DNA of 64,000 nt, taken from Cellulosilyticum sp. GTDB lineage: Bacteria > Bacillota > Clostridia > Lachnospirales > Cellulosilyticaceae. Both the position numbers and the translations under genes were made by a program. The notes beneath the pieces were generated by a model. That model searched no databases. It worked only from the letters and a program-made list of their open reading frames with translations, and was not told the origin of the DNA. Positions 38,648 through 47,744 of the stretch are shown here, piece by piece. Each line of letters opens with the position of its first letter. Positions within the stretch are counted from its first letter, which is position 1. The stretch covers positions 1,327-65,326 of the forward strand of contig SVDC01000017.1 of assembly GCA_015058045.1 (NCBI GenBank). Direction: 5' to 3'.

Positions 38648-40065
38648 TATAAATGTCTCCTTTTAATCCAAACGGTAATACCTGTAATAATAATAATAAG
38701 TGGGATGAGAACAATAACAACTAATTCAATAATTAAAACTTCTGTGGTAGAAAGTGCCTTAATGGTATAGACATCTTCTGTTTTTCCTTCAATGGCATAG
38801 CTTGTATCTAAAGAGAAAAGCCAACCTAAAACGCTGTTGATATAGCTTGTATTACCTGTAGCAGATACATTAATAGTGTTTGTATCTAAGAAGTAAGTAT
38901 TTGCCATAACAAAAAGCTTGGTATCTGCATTTGCAGTGTTTTCTTCAATAGCACAAGAAATGACAATAGGCCCATCAATATCGCCTTCTTCTTTAGAAAA
39001 GGTATTGCTTGCTTGATTTTTCTTTAGGAAAGCACCATCAGAAGTACCGAGAAGTGGACTAAGTGTTACTGTACTTCTGCCACCTTCAAGTTTGGTTAGT
39101 CCTGAAGAAACAGGAATAATAATTGCTGAATTATTTGCTATATTATCTAGTAATTCATGGTCTCCTTCACTAGGTAATAAAATTGCTGGTGAATTAGATG
39201 CCATATTACCAGAATTTGTTTCTACTACAACACCTGCTTCATGAGCGACGCTATAGTAATTTAGAATTTCATTAAAGTGTAAGAGCTCTGGGGTATCATA
39301 ATCTAAGAAGATCATTGCTTTACCACCAGCCGCTAAGAAGTCAATTACCTTACTAACTTCATCTTCTGTAAAGTCAGAGTGAGGAGAGTAAATTAAAAGA
39401 GCAGACTCACCTGGAGTTGGCATATCATCTGTTAATAAATCAATGGCACTAGAGGTCAGATTGGCACGATCGAAGCAATCTGTGAGTGCATTTGGTAAAG
39501 CAAGCTCATTATGTCCCGTAGTATAGTAAATGAGTCCATCATTTTCTGTCATGACATAACCCAAGCCATTGGTAATAGCATTTTCTAGTGTAATAGCCAT
39601 TCCATCAGAACCATCAGTAGAGATAAACTCTGTAGGAGGAATGATTTTAAATTTACCAGTTGCTTGATTTTCAATAATAATGGTGCTATTGCTGATATTA
39701 GAAATATTTTGTTTGGTTTTTTCTAAATAGGAAGAACCAAAGGCTGGATAAAGAACAGGATCTTTATACACTAGCTCGAGTTGATGATTGAGTTTAGTAT
39801 AATTTGTAAGTACCTCTTTAATCCAATCGGTTTCATAGCCAGTTTCTTCAAGTACATAAATGTTGACTGGTACATTAATGGTATTTACTACTTCTTTGGT
39901 TTCATCAGAAATAGAGTAGAGTTTTTCACTGGTGGTATCAATTTTTAGGTTAAGATTGGTCATTACAATATTGAGCACGATGGTAATGGCAATGACTAAG
40001 AGTGTGAGTAGTGCGCCATAGCCACCATAGCGTAAATGTTTATCTTTTAAATTGATTTTACTCAT
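38647..40065 (-). CDS. GldG-like ABC-associated protein (GIFT domain)
   Basis: DTTSEKLYSIS, YKDPVLYP, IYYTTGHNE and DFTEDE motifs; N- and C-terminal TMs; ends VWIKRR. Confidence 0.85.
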   Translation of the reverse strand: MSKINLKDKHLRYGGYGALLTLLVIAITIVLNIVMTNLNLKIDTTSEKLYSISDETKEVVNTINVPVNIYVLEETGYETDWIKEVLTNYTKLNHQLELVYKDPVLYPAFGSSYLEKTKQNISNISNSTIIIENQATGKFKIIPPTEFISTDGSDGMAITLENAITNGLGYVMTENDGLIYYTTGHNELALPNALTDCFDRANLTSSAIDLLTDDMPTPGESALLIYSPHSDFTEDEVSKVIDFLAAGGKAMIFLDYDTPELLHFNEILNYYSVAHEAGVVVETNSGNMASNSPAILLPSEGDHELLDNIANNSAIIIPVSSGLTKLEGGRSTVTLSPLLGTSDGAFLKKNQASNTFSKEEGDIDGPIVISCAIEENTANADTKLFVMANTYFLDTNTINVSATGNTSYINSVLGWLFSLDTSYAIEGKTEDVYTIKALSTTEVLIIELVVIVLIPLIIIITGITVWIKRRHL

Positions 40066-40076
40066 GGATTAGCCTC

Positions 40077-40940
40077 CTAGCTCCAACGGCGTTTTTCGAT
40101 AGTTTGATTGGTTAAGAATAAGAATACAAAGATAAAGGATAAGTAATAAACAATAGAGCCAATATCTAATAATCCGCTACTAAAATTATTGTAGCGTGAA
40201 AAAAGAGAAAACCATTGTAATATCTTTGTACAAAGCCCATCAAAAAGTGTGCCGTTAAATTTATACATAAGGGTAGTTATAATAGCGCATATAAAACCAA
40301 CAATTAAACTGATATAAATATCTTTAATAGAAAGGTAAATATAGAGCGTTACTATAGCAATAATCACTAAAATAAAGATAAATGAAGATAAACGTTGTGC
40401 TGGAATAAGGGTTGCGATGGCATCTACTAAAAGTAAAAATAAGAAGATTCCAATGGACCCAATTGCAGCAATAATTTGATTTTCTGTATGTGCAGAAATA
40501 AATAAACTAATTGAAATAAGTGTTGCACCTAATAAAAAATATCCAATATATGTACTGATTACTGCTGGCCAAGGTACATCTCCAAGCACTTCTAAAATAA
40601 GAGGTTGGATGAGTGTCAGACCTAAGGTCAGTACAAGTAATAAAACAGCTGCCAAGTATTTGCCAAGAATAATACCCCATACACTGACAGGACTAGTAAG
40701 AAGTAATTGGTCGGTTTTATTTTTTCGCTCCTCTGATAAAAGACGCATGGTCACAAGAGGAATAGTGAAAAGTAATAAGTTAACTAAGTAGCTGAAAATA
40801 ATACTGTAGTCACCCAGTTGTTGGGAAAGATTAATACCTGCAAAATAGAAGCCAAATATAAAAAGATAAAAGGTTAAAAATACATAACCAATGGGAGAAG
40901 TAAAGTAGGCTTTAAACTCCCTAGATAGTATACTCTTCAT
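40077..40940 (-). CDS. GldF-like ABC-2 permease
   Basis: REFKAYFTSPIGY, TMRLLSEERKNKTDQLLLTSP and ILGKYLA motifs. Confidence 0.9.
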   Translation of the reverse strand: MKSILSREFKAYFTSPIGYVFLTFYLFIFGFYFAGINLSQQLGDYSIIFSYLVNLLLFTIPLVTMRLLSEERKNKTDQLLLTSPVSVWGIILGKYLAAVLLLVLTLGLTLIQPLILEVLGDVPWPAVISTYIGYFLLGATLISISLFISAHTENQIIAAIGSIGIFLFLLLVDAIATLIPAQRLSSFIFILVIIAIVTLYIYLSIKDIYISLIVGFICAIITTLMYKFNGTLFDGLCTKILQWFSLFSRYNNFSSGLLDIGSIVYYLSFIFVFLFLTNQTIEKRRWS

Positions 40941-41976
40941 CTTTTACACCTTCTTTCGAGTTTTGTTTTTCCGCAGTCAGTGAATCTAAAGATGTCGTAG
41001 TTTCTGGAGTGTTTTCTAAAGTAGCAGTGTTTTCCATACTCATTGTTGCTTTTAAGAAGATATCTTCAAGAGATATAGTTTCAGATTGCATCATCAGTAA
41101 GGGGTGGTTTGTTTCAGAACATAATTTAAAGATGGCTTCACGTACATCCATCCCTTGATTTGCATCAACAGCCAACTCAGTAGTGTTTTCTTCCACTGTT
41201 TCAAGTACTTTTACCTGAACAACGCCTTCAATTTGTGAAAGTGCAGTCGTAAAGGCTTCGTCTATAGAACGCAAGCGTAAAACTGTACGTACATTTTGAG
41301 TAAAGAGATGCTGTAAATTCTCAGGACTATCTAAGGCAACCATATTTCCTTTATTAATAATCATAATCTTATCGCAGATGGCACTAATTTCAGGCAAAAT
41401 GTGAGAGCTTAAGATAATCGTATGCTTTTTACTTAATTCTTTAATGAGTGCACGCATTTCAATTATTTGTTTAGGGTCAAGGCCAACAGTTGGTTCATCT
41501 AAAATAAGAAGTTTAGGATTTCCAATTAAAGCACAGGCAAGTCCAACTCTTTGTTTATAACCTTTAGATAAGTTTTTAATCAGCCTATTTCTAACATGTT
41601 CAATTTCAGCTCGTTTTAGGATTTCTTCAATATGTACTTTTAACTCTGTTTTTTTAACTTTTTTGAGCTTTGCTACAAAAATTAAATAGTCTTCAATGGT
41701 CATGTCCATATATAATGGAGGAATTTCAGGTAAATAACCTATATTTTTTTTGGCTTCTATAGGATTTTCTAAAATATCAATACCATTAATTTTAATACTA
41801 CCACTTGTAGAAGAAAGATAGCCGGTCATCATATTCATAGTAGTAGACTTACCTGCACCATTAGGACCAAGAAAACCTAATATTTCACCTTCTTTAACGC
41901 TAAAGGAAATGTCATTTACAGCAATATGCTTACCATATTTTTTGACTAGATGTGTCACTTCAATCAAAATCTTCAT
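40921..41976 (-). CDS. GldA-like ABC ATP-binding protein
   Basis: GPNGAGKST, LSKGYKQRV and LILDEPTVGLDP motifs. The true start may be TTG 41967 by RBS spacing. Confidence 0.92.
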   Translation of the reverse strand: MKILIEVTHLVKKYGKHIAVNDISFSVKEGEILGFLGPNGAGKSTTMNMMTGYLSSTSGSIKINGIDILENPIEAKKNIGYLPEIPPLYMDMTIEDYLIFVAKLKKVKKTELKVHIEEILKRAEIEHVRNRLIKNLSKGYKQRVGLACALIGNPKLLILDEPTVGLDPKQIIEMRALIKELSKKHTIILSSHILPEISAICDKIMIINKGNMVALDSPENLQHLFTQNVRTVLRLRSIDEAFTTALSQIEGVVQVKVLETVEENTTELAVDANQGMDVREAIFKLCSETNHPLLMMQSETISLEDIFLKATMSMENTATLENTPETTTSLDSLTAEKQNSKEGVKDEEYTI

Positions 41977-42122
41977 CCTCCCTAATGCTATATTAAGATT
42001 ACTTTCATATTCTAATCTATTTTTGTGACTAATGGGTGAAAAATAATCAAATATACAAAAAAATCCTTAATTGAGTGCAATAATATACAAAAGCATGCAA
42101 GGAAATATCCATAAAATCTTAT

Positions 42123-42151
42123 GCATAATTATATGGGATTGTAAAATAATA
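42123..42151 (+). promoter_or_regulatory. Candidate sigmaG-type promoter of the DUF3892 gene
   Basis: GCATA-N17-AATAATA. Confidence 0.4.
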
Positions 42152-42241
42152 ACTGAGTAAAAGTACGAAGTAATAGAATATAATCCGTATCAGTATTACT
42201 TTGTAAATAAAATATATAGAGGTAGAATAGGAGATTATATC

Positions 42242-42550
42242 ATGGCAGAAGAAGATAGAGGTAATATGATTTTTTCTAATGTAGTGAATCGGGTGGTTTC
42301 AGAAGGTGGAGCCAATGCACAGGCCATTACAAAGCTTATTAAATCTGGAGGAGAAGTTGTAGGCTATGAACTAGAATCTGGTCAACATATTTCTGTTCAT
42401 CAAGCTATAGAAATGGCAAAAGGTAATATGCTTAAACATGTTGGGGTATCTACTTCAAAGGATGGCAGTGAATATATTAGGTCACTAGCTGATGGTGATG
42501 AATCTAACAATCTTGGCAACTTACCATCCATTACATCAGACTATCAATAA
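42242..42550 (+). CDS. DUF3892-family protein
   Basis: ITKLIKSGGEVVGYEL..G, QAIEMAK and EYIRSLADGDESNNLGNLP pattern; AGGAG RBS. Confidence 0.8.
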   Translation: MAEEDRGNMIFSNVVNRVVSEGGANAQAITKLIKSGGEVVGYELESGQHISVHQAIEMAKGNMLKHVGVSTSKDGSEYIRSLADGDESNNLGNLPSITSDYQ

Positions 42551-42554
42551 AAGT

Positions 42555-42594
42555 AAAAGGCTACCTAGTGAGAAATATGATTAGGTAGTTTTTT
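42555..42594 (+). terminator. Intrinsic terminator
   Basis: AAAAGGCTACCTAG...TTAGGTAGTTTTTT. Confidence 0.65.
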
Positions 42595-42732
42595 ATGTGA
42601 AGTTATGAGTTGATAAATTGTAAAAAATAGGATAAAATATAAAAGTATGTAAGGTTTTATATAATCTGTTTATGTAGATATATTCCAACAACCTATAATA
42701 GGTAGCATGAAATAGCGTTATTATTGAATATT

Positions 42733-42834
42733 AAAAAAGAAGCGATAGGGGGGCTATCGCTTTAATGAATAAGAACTATATAATATTGGGGTTTATGAGA
42801 TAATTGGAATGGGGAGGAATCATAATTATCTCAT
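42733..42834 (-). ncRNA. Candidate ~100-nt small RNA with C-rich (anti-SD) loop
   Basis: Minus strand: perfect 11-bp stem ATGAGATAATT/AATTATCTCAT enclosing ATGATTCCTCCCCATTCC, a second AACCCCAA motif, then a terminator AAGCGATAG-CCCCC-CTATCGCTT followed by CTTTTTT. Confidence 0.7.
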
Positions 42835-42838
42835 GAAT

Positions 42839-42867
42839 TAGTATGGTTCAATAAAAAAATATTATTC
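42839..42867 (-). promoter_or_regulatory. sigmaG-consensus promoter driving the candidate sRNA
   Basis: Minus strand reads GAATA-N17-CATACTA, an exact fit to GHATR-N17/18-CATWHTA. Confidence 0.65.
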
Positions 42868-43088
42868 TTTAATAAGCGAGTATCCAAATAGTGACAATTT
42901 CTTATAAAGTGGCTAGAAATATATTGGAAATTTATAGATATTACTTATAAACTCCATAAAATTTCCTATGTACTTAAAAACATGAAGGCGTTATAATATT
43001 AGGGGATATATACCTATTAAATATAAAAGAATCAAGCGTAAGATAGTAAAGCATGTAACCGCATATTTACTGAGGGGGTGCCATAATA

Positions 43089-43376
43089 TTGGAACATTTA
43101 GAAGGGGCAAAGCAATATTGTAATAGTTGCGGTCGAGTAATAAATGTAGAGGGTAGTAGTCAAGAGGATCATTTGCAGATAAGAAAGGTTTGGAGTTACT
43201 TTTCTTCAAATGAATTAGTGGGGCAAAGCTTTAATATGTGTCAGGCATGTTATAACAAGATGATATCAAATTTTAAAATACCAGTAGAAGAAATTGTGAT
43301 TGATGATATGCCTATCTATTCAGATGAGCAAATTGACGAGATGAATGCAGCTTACGCAGCAGAGTTATGTAAGTAG
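43089..43376 (+). CDS. Small CxxC...CxxC putative zinc-binding protein
   Basis: GAGGGGG RBS and TTG start; YCNSCG, WSYFS and MCQACY..MI..FKIPV. Confidence 0.7.
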   Translation: MEHLEGAKQYCNSCGRVINVEGSSQEDHLQIRKVWSYFSSNELVGQSFNMCQACYNKMISNFKIPVEEIVIDDMPIYSDEQIDEMNAAYAAELCK

Positions 43377-43379
43377 GAT

Positions 43380-43424
43380 AAAAGAGTGTTTAAAAGACAG
43401 TAGAGACTTTTAAACACTCTTTTT
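43380..43424 (+). terminator. Intrinsic terminator
   Basis: AAAGAGTGTTTAAAAG-N10-CTTTTAAACACTCTTT. Confidence 0.85.
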
Positions 43425-43666
43425 GTTATTTTATTAGAGATATAAAAGTTTCAGATGATTGTGTGTCATGATCTTATAAAAATGAATAGAGAGTGTGTGA
43501 ATAAATGGAGTTAAAATGGAAAAAATTATAAAGAATAAAATTGAACTTAAATATAATAATTTAGATGAGTTAGAGTTGGAAATGCTACTTAGGAATTAAG
43601 GTTGATGATTGTAACAAATGAGTGAAAGGGATATAATAACAGTAGTACAAGAAAGGAATTAAAATT

Positions 43667-44578
43667 ATGTTAGACATTTGTTTACTTGGGACAGGAGGGA
43701 TGCTTCCACTTCCTGATCGCTATTTAACAGCAATGCTTGCTAGATTTAATGGAAGAAAGCTTTTAATTGATTGTGGAGAGGGTACGCAAGTAACGATGCG
43801 TCTTCTTGGATGGGGATATAAAACTTTAGATATTATCTGTTTTACACATTATCATGGGGACCATGTTACAGGACTTCCAGGACTTTTACTCACACTGAAT
43901 AATACAGGTAGAACAGAACCGCTAACACTGATTGGGCCGCCAGGACTTAGAAAAGTAGTAGAAGGATTAACAGTCGTTTCACGTGATATTGGGTTTGAAC
44001 TAAAATTTATGGAGTTAAGTTATGAGAAGCAAAGTCTTCAAGTAGGTGATTTTCATATTACCGTGCTGCCAGTACCACACAATGTAAAATGTTTTGCTTA
44101 TACCATTGAGAATCATCGTTTACCAAAGTTCTTAGTAGAAAAAGCGAGAGAAAATGAAGTACCACAACGTATTTGGAAAGCGCTGCAACAAGGAAATACG
44201 CTAGAGTTTGAAGGGAAAACTTATACACCAGATATGGTATTAGGAGAGGCGAGAAAAGGGATTAAGATTTCTTATAGTACAGATTGTAGACCAACACAAG
44301 AATTGCAGGAAATGATTGCAGGTTCAGACTTATTTATTTGTGAAGGAATGTATACAGATGATGAGTACTTATCACAGGTGAAAAAGCATAAACATATGCT
44401 AGCCTCTGAAGCAGCTACTCTTGCAAAAAATGCGCAGGTAAAGGAATTATGGCTTACACACTTTAGTCCAGCCCTACCAACAGCATATATTAATGTAAAT
44501 GATGTTAAGAAGATTTTCCCCAATACTATAGCGGGTACTGATCGTATGATCACAACAATTGATTTTGAAGAAGAATAA
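43667..44578 (+). CDS. rnz: Ribonuclease Z
   Basis: LGTGG..P, LIDCGEGTQ, THYHGDH, TDCRP and LTHFSP motifs; flexible-arm GP-like segment. Confidence 0.92.
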   Translation: MLDICLLGTGGMLPLPDRYLTAMLARFNGRKLLIDCGEGTQVTMRLLGWGYKTLDIICFTHYHGDHVTGLPGLLLTLNNTGRTEPLTLIGPPGLRKVVEGLTVVSRDIGFELKFMELSYEKQSLQVGDFHITVLPVPHNVKCFAYTIENHRLPKFLVEKARENEVPQRIWKALQQGNTLEFEGKTYTPDMVLGEARKGIKISYSTDCRPTQELQEMIAGSDLFICEGMYTDDEYLSQVKKHKHMLASEAATLAKNAQVKELWLTHFSPALPTAYINVNDVKKIFPNTIAGTDRMITTIDFEEE

Positions 44579-44620
44579 AAGAAAATAATCTAAAACTTGA
44601 GGGGGAAATGGGGGATAGTT

Positions 44621-45184
44621 ATGAAAAAAGGAATAGGTATTTTAGTAATAGTAGCAATAGTTGGTATATCTGTAGTATGGATGACGATGGATAGGGTTTC
44701 TAATGAAGGTGATATGAAGCAGGCTGCGAGTGGATCTTCAAAAGAAATAGATGTAAAGAAAGAAATCAATCAAATTGCTGATGAACTGAATCAGGAATAT
44801 CCTACTGAAGCAGATCAAGTAGTAGAAATCCATAACCAGTTGATGGGAATAGCTTATAAATATCCTATGGATGATGAAGCCATTAAAAGTTATGTAGAAA
44901 CTATTAGAGAGCTTTATAGCAATGAATTTAAAGAATTAAATCCACAAGAGAGCCAGATTGAAGCCCTTAAGAAAGAACATGAAACCATGAGTGGTGAGCA
45001 GATGGAACTGGTAATAAGTGAAGTGACAGAAGTTTATGTGGCTCAAAATGATCAGGGAGAGGCTATTGGGGCAGAAGTTAATGTACTTCATGCAACAAAC
45101 CAGGGGAGTACGGTAAGAACATATTTATTAACTAAGGAAGATGGTAAATGGAAGATTAACGGTTGGGAGAATGAAAAATCATAA
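44621..45184 (+). CDS. Membrane-anchored hypothetical protein (DUF6715-like, NTF2-type fold suspected)
   Basis: N-terminal TM; EYPT..DQVV, IRELYS.EF..LNP and [14 protein letters not shown]. Start at ATG 44621. Confidence 0.6.
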   Translation: MKKGIGILVIVAIVGISVVWMTMDRVSNEGDMKQAASGSSKEIDVKKEINQIADELNQEYPTEADQVVEIHNQLMGIAYKYPMDDEAIKSYVETIRELYSNEFKELNPQESQIEALKKEHETMSGEQMELVISEVTEVYVAQNDQGEAIGAEVNVLHATNQGSTVRTYLLTKEDGKWKINGWENEKS

Positions 45185-45215
45185 AACAAAAGAAATTAGG
45201 TTGGAGGAAGAAAAG

Positions 45216-46232
45216 ATGAAAGACATAACTGTACTGGCTATTGAAACTTCATGTGATGAAACATCGGTAGCAGTTGTGAGAAACGGGAGAGAAGTATTGG
45301 CTAATACTATATCAACGCAAATCCCATTACATGAGCAATATGGTGGGGTTGTACCTGAAATCGCATCTAGAATGCATGTTGAAAAAATTAATTTAGTGAT
45401 CAAAGAAGCATTAGCAGAGGCAAATGTAACATTAGATGATATAGATGTAGTAGGTGTAACTTATGGTCCAGGTTTAGTAGGTGCATTATTGGTAGGTGTT
45501 ATGGCAGCTAAATCTATTGCTTTTGCTAAGAATAAACCATTGGTAGGTGTGCACCATATCGAAGGACATATTGCAGCAAACTATATTGCACATCCAGAGC
45601 TTGAACCACCATTTTTATGCTTAGTGGTATCAGGTGGGCATACACATCTTGTACATGTAAAAGATTATACAACTTATGAAATTATTGGACGCACAAGAGA
45701 TGATGCAGCTGGAGAAGCTTATGATAAAGTGGCAAGAGCAATTGGGCTAACTTATCCAGGTGGACCAAAGATTGATAAGTTAGCTAAAGAAGGAAATAAA
45801 GATGCTATTAAATTCCCAAGAGCCATGCAAGATGGCAGCTATGATTTTAGCTTTAGTGGTTTAAAATCAGCAGTGCTAAACTACATCAATGGTGCTAAGA
45901 TGAAAGGTGAAGAAATTAATCCAGCAGATGTGGCAGCAGCTTTTCAGTCTAGTGTAACAGATGTTTTAGTAGGGAAAACAATGGCATTAGCTGAGGAAAA
46001 AGGCATTACAAAAATTGCGCTTGCAGGTGGTGTGGCAGCTAATAAAGGTTTAAGAGAGGCTATGGAGAAAGCTTGTAAGGAGCAAGGCAGAACATTATAT
46101 TACCCAGATTTAATTTTATGTACGGATAATGCGGCAATGATTGGTTGTGCAGCTTATTATGAATATCTTAAAGGAACAAGAGCTGGCATGGACTTAAATG
46201 CTGTACCGAATCTACCGCTTGGTCAAAGATAA
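45216..46232 (+). CDS. tsaD: tRNA N6-threonylcarbamoyladenosine synthase TsaD
   Basis: [44 protein letters not shown] and CTDNAAMI motifs. Start at ATG 45216. Confidence 0.97.
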   Translation: MKDITVLAIETSCDETSVAVVRNGREVLANTISTQIPLHEQYGGVVPEIASRMHVEKINLVIKEALAEANVTLDDIDVVGVTYGPGLVGALLVGVMAAKSIAFAKNKPLVGVHHIEGHIAANYIAHPELEPPFLCLVVSGGHTHLVHVKDYTTYEIIGRTRDDAAGEAYDKVARAIGLTYPGGPKIDKLAKEGNKDAIKFPRAMQDGSYDFSFSGLKSAVLNYINGAKMKGEEINPADVAAAFQSSVTDVLVGKTMALAEEKGITKIALAGGVAANKGLREAMEKACKEQGRTLYYPDLILCTDNAAMIGCAAYYEYLKGTRAGMDLNAVPNLPLGQR

Positions 46233-46247
46233 GGGAGGAGATCGCTC

Positions 46248-47303
46248 ATGAAAGGTATTCTGAGATTTTTAGGCTCTGGAATACTTGCTGGCATTTTTGC
46301 TTCAGGGATAATGGAACTTGAAAAAATAGGTGTTATCCCTGGAGATATTGCAGGACCACTGAATATTGTGTATATCAATAAAGAAATTATCCTGTTTATA
46401 TTATTTTTTGGACTTATTTATTTTACAGTGGCAGGTCTTATTGCAAATAAAGTGGCTAGTAAGTTAGAAGAAGTTCTAAATGGATGTTCCATGCAGGAAA
46501 TCCTAATGTATATTATAGGTCTTGGAATTGGGTTATATGTGGCAAATCTATCAACCAACGCTTTTAAGATGACTAGAACGACACTCATTAGTGAGATGTT
46601 TATTTTACTATTATATATTGGACTTGGTTTTTTTGGGGTTTATTTGGTACATCTCAAGAAAAGTGAAATTAAAGGTTGGCTCAGTAAGACAGGAGATATT
46701 TTAACTCATTCAGAACCGAAGATTTTAGATACAAGTGTTATTATTGATGGACGTATACTAGATATTATTAGTACTGGATTTATAGAAGGTAAGGTTATCA
46801 TACCTTCTTTTGTATTAGATGAACTTAGACATATTGCGGATTCTTCTGATTCATTAAAAAGAAATAGAGGAAGACGTGGGCTAGATATTTTAAATGAACT
46901 AAAAAGTACTAAGATCATACCTGTAGAAGTGATGGAAATTGATTATCCTGAGCTTATGGAAGTGGATAGTAAGCTTTTAAAACTAGCACAAGCCGTACAA
47001 GGTAAAGTAGTGACTAATGACTTTAATTTAAATAAAGTAGCTAAATTACAAAAAGTACAGGTGTTAAATATTAATGATTTAGCTAATGCCATTAAGCAAG
47101 TGGTATTACCAAATGAAGAGATGACGGTAAGCATTGTCAAAGAAGGTAAAGAACATGATCAAGGTCTTGCTTATTTAAATGATGGTACCATGATTGTTGT
47201 TGAGGGTGGTAAAAAGTATGTAGGTACTACTATTAAAGTAGTAGTTAGTACAGTGTTGCAAACCTCAGCAGGACGCATGATTTTTGCAAAAGTTTTAGGA
47301 TAG
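46248..47303 (+). CDS. yacL: Membrane PIN/TRAM-domain protein
   Basis: TM N-terminus; KILDTSVIIDGRI, NRGRRGLDIL, TNDFNL and YLNDGTMIVVEGG motifs. Confidence 0.9.
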   Translation: MKGILRFLGSGILAGIFASGIMELEKIGVIPGDIAGPLNIVYINKEIILFILFFGLIYFTVAGLIANKVASKLEEVLNGCSMQEILMYIIGLGIGLYVANLSTNAFKMTRTTLISEMFILLLYIGLGFFGVYLVHLKKSEIKGWLSKTGDILTHSEPKILDTSVIIDGRILDIISTGFIEGKVIIPSFVLDELRHIADSSDSLKRNRGRRGLDILNELKSTKIIPVEVMEIDYPELMEVDSKLLKLAQAVQGKVVTNDFNLNKVAKLQKVQVLNINDLANAIKQVVLPNEEMTVSIVKEGKEHDQGLAYLNDGTMIVVEGGKKYVGTTIKVVVSTVLQTSAGRMIFAKVLG

Positions 47304-47312
47304 GGGAAAGCC

Positions 47313-47681
47313 GTGAAAAGATTTATAAGTCAATATAAGTTTACGATATTATCAGTAATATTAGTATTAATAGGTATTATGATGCCAGGAGACGATGTAC
47401 CATCTGTTGGTATTCCGCATTTAGATAAAGTAGTACATTGTAGTATGTTTGGTTTTGTTACTGTATGCTTTTATTGGGATTATTTGAAAGCAGAACGAAA
47501 GATGCCCCATCTAATTTATACTATAATATGTATTATGATATTTGGAGCATTAACTGAAGTAATACAAATGTATGTACCAGGAAGAAGCTGTGATTATAGA
47601 GATTTAATAGCAGATACCATAGGGATTTTATTAGCAACAGCCATATCTAGATGGATAGTTAAAAAGGGCATAGTAAAATAA
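47313..47681 (+). CDS. VanZ-like membrane protein
   Basis: HLDKVVH..MF, EVIQMYVPGRS..D.IAD.IG. Confidence 0.85.
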   Translation: MKRFISQYKFTILSVILVLIGIMMPGDDVPSVGIPHLDKVVHCSMFGFVTVCFYWDYLKAERKMPHLIYTIICIMIFGALTEVIQMYVPGRSCDYRDLIADTIGILLATAISRWIVKKGIVK

Positions 47682-47695
47682 TAGATAGAATAAAT

Positions 47696-47727
47696 AAGTG
47701 AAAGCCAAAAGAGACTTTCACTTTTTT
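47696..47727. terminator. Terminator between convergent genes
   Basis: AAGTGAAAG-N10-CTTTCACTT followed by T residues. Confidence 0.65.
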
Positions 47728-47744
47728 TATTCTATCTATAGTTA

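Noticed and set aside
42778-42845. Peptide coding by the sRNA region (minus MIPPHSNYLINPNII; plus GGGGAGG followed by ATG-AAT-TAG)
   Set aside because: The minus ORF has no RBS and starts inside the hairpin; the plus ORF is two codons long and too far from the SD.
42991-43209. Minus-strand 72-aa ORF as a type I toxin paired with the sRNA
   Set aside because: It overlaps the RBS-supported CxxC gene, has no RBS, and shows no complementarity to the sRNA.
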